From contig CAVQUM010000022.1 in assembly GCA_963716815.1 (NCBI GenBank), positions 42,111 to 106,110 on the forward strand: a stretch of 64,000 nucleotides of DNA. The letters run 5' to 3'. The DNA comes from an uncultured Chloroflexia bacterium. Its GTDB lineage: Bacteria > Chloroflexota > Limnocylindria > Limnocylindrales > CSP1-4. The stretch's first letter is position 1; each line of letters starts with the position of its first letter. The translations under genes and the position numbers were made by a program. The notes beneath the pieces are model-generated. The model was given only the letters and a program-made list of their open reading frames with translations. It had not been told where the DNA came from and did not search any database. This document shows, one piece after another, positions 47,332 through 59,375 of the stretch.

Positions 47332-47803
47332 CTACTCCGCCACCCTCGTCTCGATGGGGACCCGCGACGAGATGCTCTTGTAGGCCGCACAGCTGGCGGC
47401 CCGCATGAGCTTATGCCGCTCGAGCTCGGTGAGCGCGTCGCCGTGGAGGGTGATGGTGCGGGTGATGCGATCGGCTTGTCCGCCCTCCTCGGCGGGCGGA
47501 CAGCGCTCGAAGGTGACGTCGACCTCCGCTCGTTCGAGGGGCAATCCCTTGGCCTCGGCCGAGAGGCGGATGGAGATGAGGGTGCAGGCGGCCACGCGCG
47601 CGAGGATGTAGTCGTTAGGGGTCGGGGTGGGCGTCGGTGCTGTCGTAGCGAGGCGGCGCCTCGTCGACACCGAAGCGGTGATGACGAACCACGACGTCGG
47701 TGGCCAGCGTGCCCGGTTCCATGCCCAGCGAGGCCCTGACGGTCTTGGGCTGGCCCTGGCTCATCCCGTGCTCGTCCCCCGGCGGCGGTCCTTCTTGCGC
47801 CAT
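47332..47803 (-). CDS. OsmC-family protein (frameshift near 47640)
   Basis: DEAPP..TD...TP.DY, AAC and a second Cys (ASC); AGGAGG RBS. Confidence 0.75.
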
Positions 47804-47820
47804 GGTCACACGCCTCCTGC

Positions 47821-47873
47821 TTGACGGTATGGTCAATGATATGTAGACTATCGTGTGATGTTTGACTATCACA
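47821..47873 (+). promoter_or_regulatory. Promoter TTGACG-17-TAGACT with palindromes TTGAC-N6-GTCAA and TGTGAT-N8-ATCACA (probable MarR operators)
   Basis: AT-rich divergent intergenic region between the osmC-like gene and marR. Confidence 0.7.
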
Positions 47874-48380
47874 TGCGAAACGAGACCGATCGGGATGAGC
47901 CAGCCCACGGCCGACAGCCCCACGCCAGCGGCTGGGCGCGCTCATGCACCAGCTGCGTGGCGTCGCTGGGCCCGTCGCCCGAGGACCTCGTCGACATCGA
48001 CCTGCCGCGCCACCAGCTGCGCGCGCTGCTTCATCGTGGCCACGCACGGACCCCTCTCGGTGAGCGCCCTGGCCACGGCCACGGAGGCCAGCCTCGCGAG
48101 CACCTCGTCCCTGGCCGAGCGCTTGGTCAAGTCCGGCCACCTGCGGCGCGAGACCGTGCCCCAGGACCGCCGCGTCGTCCTGCTGGTCGCGACCGAGCAG
48201 GGCGAGCGCATCGTGGGCCAATTGCAGTCGAGCTACCGCGCCCGCTTCGACCGGCTCGTCGAGGCCATGAGCCCAGAGGGGCGGGCGGCTCTGGAGGCCG
48301 GCCTCATCGACATGATTCGCGCAGCCGAGGACATCGGCCTGCGCGCCGACCACGACCCGCATCACGGAGATCATCCATGA
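47874..48380 (+). CDS. MarR-family regulator (frameshifted N-terminus)
   Basis: LSVSALA..SLASTSSLAERLVKSG..DRR; ATGA overlap with the ABC ATPase; start uncertain. Confidence 0.8.
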   Translation, partial: CETRPIGMSQPTADSPTPAAGRAHAPAAWRRWARRPRTSSTSTCRATSCARCFIVATHGPLSVSALATATEASLASTSSLAERLVKSGHLRRETVPQDRRVVLLVATEQGERIVGQLQSSYRARFDRLVEAMSPEGRAALEAGLIDMIRAAEDIGLRADHDPHHGDHP

Positions 48381-49369
48381 CCCAGCCCCGAGGGGGTGCC
48401 ATGGTCCAGGTTGACGGGCTCTCACGCAGCTTCGGCAAGCTCGAAGCCGTCAAGGGGGTCTCGTTCGATATCGCCGAAGGCGAGATCTTCGGCTTCCTGG
48501 GCCCCAACGGCGCCGGCAAGTCCACCACCATCAACATGCTTTGCACGCTGCTGCGGCCCACGGCCGGGGCGGCCCAGCTCAACGGCTTCGACGTGCAGCG
48601 CGAACGCAGCGACGTGCGTCGCTCGATCGGCCTCGTCTTCCAGCAGCCGACGCTCGACGAGTACCTCACCGCGGAGCAGAACCTGCGCTTCCACGCGTTC
48701 GCGTACGCGGTGCCCAAGGATGTGCGTGAACAGCGCACCCGCGAGCTGCTGGAGATGGTGGAGCTGTGGGATCGGCGTACGTCGGCCGTGCGCACCTACT
48801 CGGGCGGCATGAAGCGTCGGCTCGAGATCGCCCGCGGTCTGCTGCATCACCCGCGTGTGCTCTTCCTCGACGAGCCCACGCTGGGCCTCGACCCGCAGAC
48901 ACGGCGCAGCATCTGGAACTACCTGCTCGACCTGCGCGAGCGAGAGAACCTGACCATCTTCCTCACCACCCACTACATGGATGAGGCGGAGAACGCCGAT
49001 CGCATCGCGGTCATCGACCACGGCGAGATCCAGGCGCTCGACACCCCGGCCGGCCTCAAGGCCATGGTCGGCGGCGACCTGGTGACCGTCGGTGCCGAGG
49101 ACCTCGATGCTGCTGTCGCGGAGGTCAGGGAGCGCTTCGGTCTGGAGGCCACTCGGGGCGACGAGACCATCACCTTCCACGTCGAGGGGGGAGAGTCGTT
49201 CCTGCCCGAATTCGTGCGCGGCTTCAGCCAGCCGGTCACCTCGATCGGGCTGCGCAAGCCCACGCTCGATGACGTCTTCCTCGAGGTCACCGGCCACGAG
49301 ATCCGCGACGAGGAGGTCAGCGAGTACGACCAGATGGTCCAGGGTATGGGCCGGGGGCCGCGACACTGA
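48377..49369 (+). CDS. ABC exporter ATPase (DrrA-like)
   Basis: GPNGAGKST, YSGGMKRR, DEPT.GLDP, TTHYMDEA, TLDDVF. Confidence 0.93.
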   Translation: MTQPRGGAMVQVDGLSRSFGKLEAVKGVSFDIAEGEIFGFLGPNGAGKSTTINMLCTLLRPTAGAAQLNGFDVQRERSDVRRSIGLVFQQPTLDEYLTAEQNLRFHAFAYAVPKDVREQRTRELLEMVELWDRRTSAVRTYSGGMKRRLEIARGLLHHPRVLFLDEPTLGLDPQTRRSIWNYLLDLRERENLTIFLTTHYMDEAENADRIAVIDHGEIQALDTPAGLKAMVGGDLVTVGAEDLDAAVAEVRERFGLEATRGDETITFHVEGGESFLPEFVRGFSQPVTSIGLRKPTLDDVFLEVTGHEIRDEEVSEYDQMVQGMGRGPRH

Positions 49370-50170
49370 TGCGCCAGTCAGAGACCATCCGCGGCACCTG
49401 GGTCGTGGCCTACCGCGAGCTCCTGCGCTACGTCACCGAGCGCTCACGCATCGTCAGCTCGCTGGCCATGCCGCTGCTCCTGCTCGTCGTCTTCGGCGCG
49501 GGCTTCACCAACGTCATCGGCGGCATGGCGCCGGGCATCGACTACCTCCAGTTCATGTACCCGGGCATCATCGCCATCACCGTGCTCACGACCTCGCTCT
49601 TCGCCGGCATCTCGGTCGTCTGGGACCGCGAGTACGGCTTCCTGCGCGAGATCCTGGTGGCGCCCATCTCGCGCACCGGCATCGTCCTGGGCAAGGCCAT
49701 CGGGGCCACGCTCCAGGCCTCGATCCAGGTCGCGCTGATGCTGGTGCTCGCTCCCGTTGCTGGGCGTCGACTCTGAACCTCGGGCATCATCCTGGGCCTG
49801 ATCCCCATGATCATCATCCTCTCGCTCGGCCTCGCCGGGCTGGGCATCTTCTGGCCTCGTTCATGCGCTCACAGCAGGGCTTCCAGACGATGATGCAGAT
49901 GATCATCTTCCCGCTCATCTTCCTCGCCGGCGTGTTCTTCCCGGTCAACCAGGTGCCGGTCTGGATGGAGGTCATCAGCAAGGTCAACCCGCTGACCTAC
50001 GGCGTCGATGCGATCCGCCAGGTCTTCCTCGGCGCCGAGGCCAGCGCGATGGGCTTGGGCGTGACCATCGGCGACCACACGTTCACGATGGCGCAGGACG
50101 TCATCGTCGTGGCGTCATGAGCACGATCTCGCTCGCCGCGGCCATCTGGGCCTTCAACCGCCAGGAGTAG
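49369..50170 (+). CDS. ABC-2 permease (DrrB-like), frameshifted
   Basis: DREYGFLREILVAP, FLAGVFFP, NPLTYGVDAIR. Confidence 0.85.
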
Positions 50171-50300
50171 TGGGGCCGCGCGCCGCGGCGACCGCGCTTG
50201 CCCGGCGCGGGCGAACACGACCGACCTGCAGGCGTGCGGCCCCAGCGGTCGGCAGGCGTGGTCCCGACCGAGTCCACCATCACCCGCCGCGCGGCAAGGA

Positions 50301-50340
50301 GTGACCACGCTGCTCGTCAGGCGGCAAGCAGCGTGGTCAC
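50301..50340. repeat. Perfect 14-bp inverted repeat between convergent operons
   Basis: GTGACCACGCTGCT-N12-AGCAGCGTGGTCAC. Confidence 0.75.
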
Positions 50341-50432
50341 GATGGCCGCGGTGGTCAGGTTTGCCCGTTGGGCGGCAAGGCAGCCCGGTCGGCCGCGTCG
50401 GCCGTGGAGCCGCAGCGGGACCGGCTCCAGGC

Positions 50433-51271
50433 CTATGCGGGGATGTCCCGCCGCTTGAAGAGGTACACGCTCACGACCAGCGGGATCGTCGCCAGGATCG
50501 ACCAGCAGCGCCGCCGAGGCCCAGTCGATGCCGCTGCCCAGCGGGTCGGTGCCGATGTAGTGGTGCCATGGCGACGAGCCAGGCGAGGTCGGCGATGGCG
50601 TCGGCCATGGGCACGAAGCTCGACCAGGCGTACATCGCGACCGCCACGAGCATGCCGACGAGGATGGCCAGGGTGCCACGGCCGGTGACGATCGAGATGA
50701 CCATGGCCAGGCCGCCGACGGAGACAGACAGCAGCGTCACCATGAGCGTGATGGCCACGATGTTGCCGGTGCTGATGTCGATGCCGGCGACGACGATGCC
50801 GAGCACAGGCCCAGGCCCATGATCGCCGCCGCCATGAGCGACGTGGACGACCATGGCCACGACCTTGTCGGTGGCGAGACGCGTGCGGCGGGTGGGCGTG
50901 GACATCACCAGGCCGATGGTGCGGTTCTCGACCTCGCCCCCGAAGGCGCGGGCGGCCGACGAGACGGCCACGAAGATGACCGCGAAGGGCACCATGATGG
51001 AGTACATCTCGCCGGTGTACCAGCCTGATGGCGGTGGCCATGTCGGCGCCGCCGGCGATGGCCATGATGCCCTCCGGCACTGGCTCCATCATCTCCGCGA
51101 TGGCGTCCTCGAGGGCCAGGAACATGGGCCCCATCATGACGTTCAAGGCGCCCATGGCCGAGGCCGGCGATGAGCACCAGCAGCAGTCGATCGGCGACGG
51201 CCTTGGTGAAGGTGTTGGTGAGTGCGAGGCGCTGGTAGCCGCGCACGCCCGTTCAGGGTGGTGCTGGTCAT
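50433..51271 (-). CDS. ABC-2 permease (frameshifted)
   Basis: GEVENRTIGLVMSTP.RR, PWHHY, FKRRDI across frames. Confidence 0.8.
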
Positions 51272-51275
51272 GCCG

Positions 51276-52084
51276 CTATCCCTTCAGGTCGCGGCGTTCG
51301 AGTGTGTAGATGGCCCCGCCGAACAGGGCGACCGCGAGGACGACCGCGATGGCCAGCAGGATCAGGTCGAGGCCCTCGGTCAGGGACTCGGCGCCGCTGA
51401 AGAGGTACCAGGGCGTGAGCCTGGCCACATCCGCGAGCTCCTCGACCACCGGCAGCATGCGTGGTGATGAAGTACGAGAGCACCGCGAGGCCCGCCGCGA
51501 CGCCGATGCCCAGCGCGGACGAGACCCGCGCCAGGCGCTGACGCCCAGCGACGAGCGCGCCGAAGAGGAAGCACCATGCCCAGCAACTGGACGCTGGTCT
51601 CCGAGGACGTCCTGGTCGGACGAGGTCCATGCCGAAGATGACCGCCGAAGACCTCCACGCCCAGCCAGGTCAGGTCGATGATGATGACGAGGCCGAGGAC
51701 AGCGACGCTGGTCTTGGCGAGCAGGACGGACCGTCGCCGCAGCGGGCTGGAGAGCAGGATGGGCAGCGTCCGGGCCTCCTCCTCGCCGACCGCCGCGCTG
51801 GAGCCCAGGCCGATGGCGTAGGCCAGCAGGACGAGCGGGCCCATGACGGAGAAGATGCCGCTCATGGCGAGGCCGGCGGCGGTGCCGTCGTGCTGGCCGT
51901 AGATGTTGGTCAGGGCCTCGGGCATGTCCTCCATCAGGGTCATGTACTCGTCGCCGGCGATGCCCATGATCCCGACGTACATGAGCGCCATGGCCCACAG
52001 CGCGACGACCGCGATGACGGTCCAGAGCAGCCAGTCGCGGATGGTCTTGGTGAAGACGTTGCCGAGCAGCCGGTCACGCAACAT
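51276..52084 (-). CDS. ABC-2 permease (frameshifted)
   Basis: [36 protein letters not shown]. Confidence 0.8.
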
Positions 52085-52996
52085 CGTCGCCGTTCCCGTG
52101 GTAGTACTCGAGGAAGATCTGCTCGAGGTCGGCCTCGCGGCTGTTGACGTTGACGACATCGTGCTCGATGGCCGATGCGCAGCAGCGCGTTGACCGAGCC
52201 TTCGAACGAGACCACGACGCTGTTGCCGCGGGCCTCGGCCGAGCGCACGCCGTCGACGCTGCTCGAACGCGGCTCGCCTCGACCGGCTCGTCGAACTCGA
52301 GGTCGATGCGCCGGATGGCCTTGCGCTTGAGCGGCGTCGACCCGCTCGACCACGACCAGGTGACCGTGGCGCAGGATGCCCACGCGGTCGGCCACGCGCT
52401 CGACCTCGGCGAGGCTGTGGCTGGAGAGGAAGACGGTGCGGCCGTCCTCGCGGACCTCGCGGATCATCTGCTGCAGCTCCTGCTGCATGAGCGGGTCGAG
52501 CCCGGTGCTGGGCTCGTCGAGGATGACCAGCTCGGACTTGTTCATGAAGGCCTGGATGAGCCCGACCTTCTGCTTGTTGCCGGTGGAGAGGTCGGAGACC
52601 TTGCGGATCAGGTCGACCTCCAGGCGCTCGGCCAGCGGGTTCACGTAGGCCAGGTCCACGCCGCCGCGCAGGTTGGCCAGGTAGGCCAGGTTCTCGGCGC
52701 CGGTGAGCTTCGGGTACATCGAGTACTCCGAGGGCATGTAGGAGACGCGGCTGCGGATCGCGACCGCGTCGGTGGCCACGTCCATGCCCAGGACGGAGGC
52801 GCGAGCCTGCGGTCGGGAAGATGAAGTGCAGCAGGCTGCGGATGGTGGTCGTCTTGCCGGCGCCGTTGGGTCCGAGGAAGCCGAAGACCTCGCCCTGCTG
52901 GACCTCGAGGTCAAGGTCGACGAGCGCCTTGACGTCCCCGTAGTGCTTGGTCAGCCCCTCCGTCTTGATGGGGGCCGCTCCGTCGGTCGTGGTCAT
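52074..52996 (-). CDS. ABC exporter ATPase (frameshifted)
   Basis: [41 protein letters not shown]. Confidence 0.88.
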
Positions 52997-53479
52997 CGTC
53001 CCTCTTTCTGTGCCGTGTCGTCGCGTTCCCAGCGTTCGCGCAGCTTCGGGATCTCGGTCGTCCAGAACTCGGAGAACTCGATCAGCTCGTCGAGGCCGTC
53101 GGTGCGGGTCACGCCACCGGCGGCCCGGATACGTCTGGCCACGCTCGGCCAGCTGGTCGAAGCCGGCCATCTTGGTCGTGGCCATCTCGATCCACCAGTC
53201 CGGGCGGAGGCGGTAGTAGGTCTTGCGGTCACCGACCCGGTGTCGCTCCTCGAGGGCCTCCATCTGGAGCAGCATCCGTGCGCTCGAGCTGATCGAGGCG
53301 CGGCTCATGCCGGTGCCCTTGGCGATGTCGCCAGCCGACTGCTCGGCCGGGTCGCAGGCCATCAGGTAGCCGAACATCTGGCCCGCGGCGCGCGGAGCTC
53401 CGACGGAGGAGAACCAGACGCCGATCCGCTCCACGACCTCGGCCACGGCCGCGTCGCTCCGTGTGCCATTTTCAGTCAT
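52993..53479 (-). CDS. GbsR/MarR-family regulator (frameshift near 53140)
   Basis: [31 protein letters not shown]. Confidence 0.85.
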
Positions 53480-53487
53480 TACTGAAA
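53470..53487. promoter_or_regulatory. Palindrome TTTCAGT-N4-ACTGAAA centred on the regulator start codon
   Basis: Perfect 7-bp arms spanning the ATG at 53477-53479. Confidence 0.75.
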
Positions 53488-53617
53488 GTTCGGTTCATAC
53501 AGTGATTAGAGTACCAGTACGTCCGACGGCCACCAGAGCCATTCGGCCCGACCGAACCGAGCCCGTCCGACCGACGCGCGGGTCCCGACATTGGTTCGCC
53601 GTCGAGCCCGGGCTGCA

Positions 53618-54722
53618 TCAGGTGCTGCGCCAGGACTTCGCGTCGCCACGCAGCAGTCCGAAGACGATGAAGACGCCGTAGAGCACGATCGCCACGCCGG
53701 TCCAGACGCCTGCGGCCTGGCGCAGCTTCTGGCTCGACGGCGATGTCGGCGAGGATGCGCAGCGCCACCGAGATGTGCAGCAGCACCAGCGGCATGTAGG
53801 CCAACGGGTGGAAGCCGATGGGCCGATCGACGATGGCCGGGAAGATGATGGGTGCGTGGCCGAAGACCATGGAGAAGACGAAGCCGAGCAGGATCGCGTG
53901 CAGGTAGGCGTCATAGCTGAAGCCGGCGAAGGCGGGCTCGTTGACGAGCACGACGGCACCCGCGATGCCCAGCCACACGTAGCCCGACAACAGGCACGCG
54001 GCCACGAAGCGCGGCAGGCCCTCGCGCCGGATGGTCAGGGTGGCGATGTCGAAGCGCAGCAGCCAGGCTGCCAGCGCCATCAGGCCCAGGCCCGAGAGGC
54101 GCATCCCCAGGCCTTCGTCGACCACCATCAGCAGCAGCGCGCCGACGTAGATCGCGACGGCCAGGCCGAAGGCCAGATAGGCTGCGCGCCCGTGGGCCCG
54201 CAGCTTCGCCAACTCGAGCCGCTCGCCGACCACGGTCAGGACCAGGAAGGCTGCCCACCAGGGCGTGAGGAAGGGCACCGGCCGCTCGGCCAGCCAGGCC
54301 ACGTTGGCCAGCAGCAGGAAGCCCGCGCCGACCACCATCGTGAGCACGTCCAGTGTGGGTGCACGTCGCAGGAAGAAGAGGTTGACGCCCACGAGCACCG
54401 CCGCACCCGCGCTCAGCAGGATGATGGCCGGCACGGTCGCGCCGCTGACCAGCAGGAGCACGAGGCCCGCCGCGCTCAGCACCGGAGCGGCGTCGGCGAA
54501 GGTCCAAGTCCGACCCAGGAGCGTCTTCATGGCCACCGCACGTTCGAGCGCGATGAGCGTGCCGAAGACACCCGCGATGAGGATCGGGCCGTGCAGCATC
54601 ACCCGCTCCGACGCCATCGCCGGCAGCTCGAAGCCCAGTCGCCCCAAGCCCGTGACGACCCCCATGGCCATGCCCGCCACGATGAGCGCAAACAACGGCA
54701 ACTGGAGCACTGACCGTTTCAT
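53618..54722 (-). CDS. Polytopic membrane protein, NnrS-like (frameshift near 53730)
   Basis: About 12 TM; HG..GTLIALERAVA, GERLELA, YDA.LH..LGF..SM.FGHAP conserved His motifs. Confidence 0.65.
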
Positions 54723-54816
54723 GCGTTCAGCCTAGAGCGGAGACCGGTCAGCCCCAACGTGCGATGGTCCCGCGATGACGTGACATCCAGCCCGCTGCCA
54801 CATCCGCCGGCAGGGC

Positions 54817-55266
54817 TCAGAAGCCGAGCTGTGCGATCGCTCTCCGCTCGCCGGTGCGCAGCATCTCGAGCGCGATCGCGTCGACCGGAACCAGCGGCTC
54901 CGGCAGCTCCGACAGCGAGGCCCAGCGCAACCCGCCGTTGCGTTCGGGCTCCCTCACCGCCGGCTCTCCCTCCCAGGCGGAGGCGGAGAAGAAGAAGTCC
55001 ACGCGCTGGCCACCATCCCGCTCGCTCTGCCGCCGGTGGACGGTGCAGAGGGGCTGGAGATCGGCTTGCCTGATGCGCACCCCGAGCTCCTCGTAGGCTT
55101 CCCTGACCGCGGCGGCATGGACGGACTCGCCGCGCTCGACATGGCCCGCGGCGCTGCACGACCAGTGGCCGTCCATGTAGCCGGTGTTCTGGCGCTGCTG
55201 CAGCAGGACCTGACCGTCCCGTAGCAGCAGGACGTAGGCCGCGGGCACGAGCGAGAAACGGTGCAT
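54817..55266 (-). CDS. Nudix hydrolase
   Basis: RQNTGYMDG.W..AGHVERGES..AAVREAYEELG. Confidence 0.9.
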   Translation of the reverse strand: MHRFSLVPAAYVLLLRDGQVLLQQRQNTGYMDGHWSCSAAGHVERGESVHAAAVREAYEELGVRIRQADLQPLCTVHRRQSERDGGQRVDFFFSASAWEGEPAVREPERNGGLRWASLSELPEPLVPVDAIALEMLRTGERRAIAQLGF

Positions 55267-55357
55267 GCGACCACGGTACACGGAGCCGGTCCCGGCCAAT
55301 TCGCGGTCGGTCAGCGTCCGCGGTCAGGGACGGTGGCGCCCGGCCAACCTCTGCGCG

Positions 55358-55768
55358 TCAACAACTGGAGCCGAGCGCCAGGATGTTGCCTTCCGAGTCC
55401 TTGAACCAGGCCGTCTTCTCGCCATCGGGCGAGACGAGCACACCATCGACGGTGCGAAAGTCGTCCCCGAGGTCGTAGTCTTCGAAGATCACGCCCCTCG
55501 AACGCAGCTCGGTGTAGGCGGCGTCGAAGTCCTCTACCACCAGGCGCGCGGCGGTGGCCTGGTTGCGCCCTGCGTGCGGGGAGCGGTAGACCCCGAACTT
55601 GGCGCTGTCCGTCTCATACAGCAACTCGGTCTCGGAATCGATCGGCTCGCCGGGCGCGAGGGGTTCGCCATTGGCGGTGACCGGCGCCAGCCCGAGCTTC
55701 TGTGAGTACCAGGTCCTGGCACGCGCGACGTCCGTTGCGGGTAGCTCAGGGTGGATCGTGAAGCGCAC
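55358..55768 (-). CDS. VOC/glyoxalase family protein
   Basis: LPATDVARAR.WY..LG, LRSRGV.FEDYD, AWFKDSEGNIL; GAGG RBS plus GTG. Confidence 0.88.
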   Translation of the reverse strand: MRFTIHPELPATDVARARTWYSQKLGLAPVTANGEPLAPGEPIDSETELLYETDSAKFGVYRSPHAGRNQATAARLVVEDFDAAYTELRSRGVIFEDYDLGDDFRTVDGVLVSPDGEKTAWFKDSEGNILALGSSC

Positions 55769-55862
55769 GGCACACCTCGCTGTCTTGGCCCGGCGAGGTA
55801 GCGTGGTGGCTCGCCGGGCGCCGCGCCAGCACGCCATCAGGCAGGGGTGGTGCGCCCGACAG

Positions 55863-55938
55863 TGGCGCGCCCGGCGGGACTCGAACCCACGGCCTTCTGC
55901 TCCGGAGGCAGACGCTCTATCCACTGAGCTACGGGCGC
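55863..55938 (-). tRNA. tRNA-Arg(CCG)
   Basis: GCGCCCG/CGGGCGC acceptor stem, anticodon loop CTCCGGA, GTTCGAG T-loop, encoded CCA. Confidence 0.97.
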
Positions 55939-56031
55939 CGCGAGCCCCATTAGACCACAGCGTCCTCATCTCGCGGCCCCGACGGCGTATCTTCGAGCGG
56001 TCATCGGCATCGACCCCCGGAGGTACACGTC

Positions 56032-56385
56032 TTGGAGCCCGCCCCCATCAAGCCAGTCATCCCGTTCTCGCAGCTCGAGGCCATCGACGTCCGGGTCGGG
56101 ACGATCCTGAGCGTCGCTGATGTGCCCGACTCGCGGAAGCTCGCCCGCTTCGTGGTCGACTTCGGTGACCATACCCGGACCGTGCTCGCGGGCATGAAGC
56201 AGGAGCGGGAGGACCTCGGTGCCCTCGTCGGGGTCCAGACGCTGTTCGTGGTCAACGTGGAACCTCGCGAGATGGCCGGTGAGGTCTCGGAGGCGATGTT
56301 CTTCGACCTCGGCTACGCCGACGGCATCGAACCGGCGCTGGCAGTGCCGGAGCGACCGCTGCCCAACGGCGTCAGAGCCGGCTGA
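56032..56385 (+). CDS. tRNA-binding OB-fold protein (CsaA/Trbp111-like)
   Basis: DVRVGTI, SRKL..VDFG, FVVNVEPR.M.G..SE. Confidence 0.85.
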   Translation: MEPAPIKPVIPFSQLEAIDVRVGTILSVADVPDSRKLARFVVDFGDHTRTVLAGMKQEREDLGALVGVQTLFVVNVEPREMAGEVSEAMFFDLGYADGIEPALAVPERPLPNGVRAG

Positions 56386-56450
56386 CGGGGAGCTCCAGCG
56401 TGTCGGCGGACGTCCCGGGACGCTCTTGCCTTACAGTGTAAACTCGAGAG

Positions 56451-56925
56451 ATGGGAACAATCATCGCGCTCCTCGGAGCACTCCTACTCGGCCTGGTCGC
56501 ATTCGTGGGCGTCTTCTTGGGTGGCATGCGCGCCAAGTGGCCACCCGTGGTCAACGCCGTGCGTCGGCTGAACCTGAAGGTCATGAACCCGCGCCAGATG
56601 GCGACCGCGGGTCAGCCCGGCGCCTACGCCCAGATCCTGCGCCACACCGGCCGGACGTCGGGCAAGACCTACGAGACACCTCTTGGCATCGAGCCCACCG
56701 AGGACGGCTTCGTCATCGCCCTCGTCTACGGCAACGACACCCAGTGGCTGCGCAACGTGCTCGCGGCCGGCCGCGCGGAGGTCGTGCGTGACGACGTCAG
56801 CTACGCCGTCGATCGCCCCGAGGTCGTGCCTGTGGCCGACGTCGTCGACTACTTCAGGTCCTCGGATCGGCGCTTGTTCGGCCTCTTCGGCGTGGAGAAG
56901 TGCCTCCGGCTCTACCATGCCGAGC

Positions 56926-56933
<8 letters not shown>
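56451..56933 (+). CDS. Deazaflavin (F420)-dependent nitroreductase-family protein
   Basis: N-terminal TM; [23 protein letters not shown]. Confidence 0.8.
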
Positions 56934-58332
<1,399 letters not shown>

Positions 58333-58391
58333 CCGGGTCCGCGCCGCAGGCCTGTGCAGGGGCAGCACCCCGCGCGGTCCCCAGAATCGAG

Positions 58392-58418
58392 GCGACCCCG
58401 TCGAAACGGGGTCGCTTT
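58392..58418. terminator. Hairpin terminator for fumC, probably bidirectional
   Basis: GCGACCCCGT-CGAA-ACGGGGTCGC-TTT. Confidence 0.75.
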
Positions 58419-58559
58419 AACTGTCCCGGCCGAACCGGAGCGAACTCCGGATCTTCTGCCACGTCGCAAGGGCATCTATGACGCCGGCTTCACCGGCTAC
58501 CCTAACCCAACCTACCCATGACCTTGCGTCTAGGCCAGTAGTGCTGTCGAGCAGCACGG
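58392..58559 (-). ncRNA. Candidate ~170-nt structured small RNA
   Basis: Own promoter TTGAGT-18-TACTAT with AT-rich upstream DNA; five helices; two UUCG tetraloops on the minus strand; no ORF with an RBS. Confidence 0.6.
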
Positions 58560-58672
58560 GGGTGATAGTAACGGCACCTCGGTCAGAAACTCAAGGGTTT
58601 ATTCACATTGCATAGATGAAGGTTCCATAACATTTCGCACCGGACGATGCATTGCAGCGTACTGAAGTGCGC

Positions 58673-59375
58673 TCAGGTGGCTGTCGCGATGGCCTCGCCG
58701 CAGGTCGATGGAGCCGGTGAAGAGGACCTCGCCCAGGATGACCCCGGCCGCGCCCGCGGCACGCAGGGTGCGCACTTGCTCGAGCGTGTCGATGCCGCCG
58801 GCGACGAGCACTTCGGCATCGAGGTCCGCGGCAGCCCGGCCGACCAGCTCGACGCCATCCTCGCCGCGGACGTGTGAGAAGACGAAGCGACGCACGCCGG
58901 CGCGGTGGAGCTCAGCGATGAGCTCGTCGAGCGTCGGTTCGGCCCCTTGCCAGGGGTAGCCGTGCAGGCTGTCGGGCCGGGCGTCGAGGCCGATCGCCAG
59001 CCAGTCGCCGCCGATGCGCAGGCTGTCCGCGAGCAACTCGGCGTCCTCGGCCACGGCCCAGAGTGGCATGACCACACGCGTGGCTCCCGCGGCATAGGCG
59101 ATCTCGATCTGCTCGGGCCCATCGACCCCGCCCGCCAGCTGCAGTGGCTTGGCCACGGCCCGGGCGATGGCGCCGATGGCGTCGAGGTTGGCCGGCCGGC
59201 CTGCCGCCGCTCCGTCGAGGTCGACCACGTGGATGGCCGGAGCGCCACAGGCAGCGAAGACCTCCGCGATCGCAGCCGGCCGATCGGTGGGTGTCCCGCT
59301 GCCCGCAGCGGCCCCCGGCCACCACACCAGCCGGGAGCGGCCGGCCGCGACGTCGATGCTGGGGATGACGTACAT
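58673..59375 (-). CDS. Divergent HisA/HisF-family TIM-barrel protein (3-prime frameshift near 58700)
   Basis: IPSID, HVVDLDGA, LQLAGG, GLDAR, AGGI, GVILG. Confidence 0.75.

Noticed and set aside
55780-55938. Integrative element at tRNA-Arg or tRNA-Asp
   Set aside because: No integrase, no duplicated tRNA 3-prime end and no obvious compositional shift
58500-58517. Telomerase-template or retron-like RNA (CCCTAACCC)
   Set aside because: No reverse transcriptase is in the window, and the promoter and tetraloops indicate the G-rich strand is the transcript
58589-58595. HAIR site (ACTCAAG)
   Set aside because: It is only a half-site and coincides with a -35 hexamer
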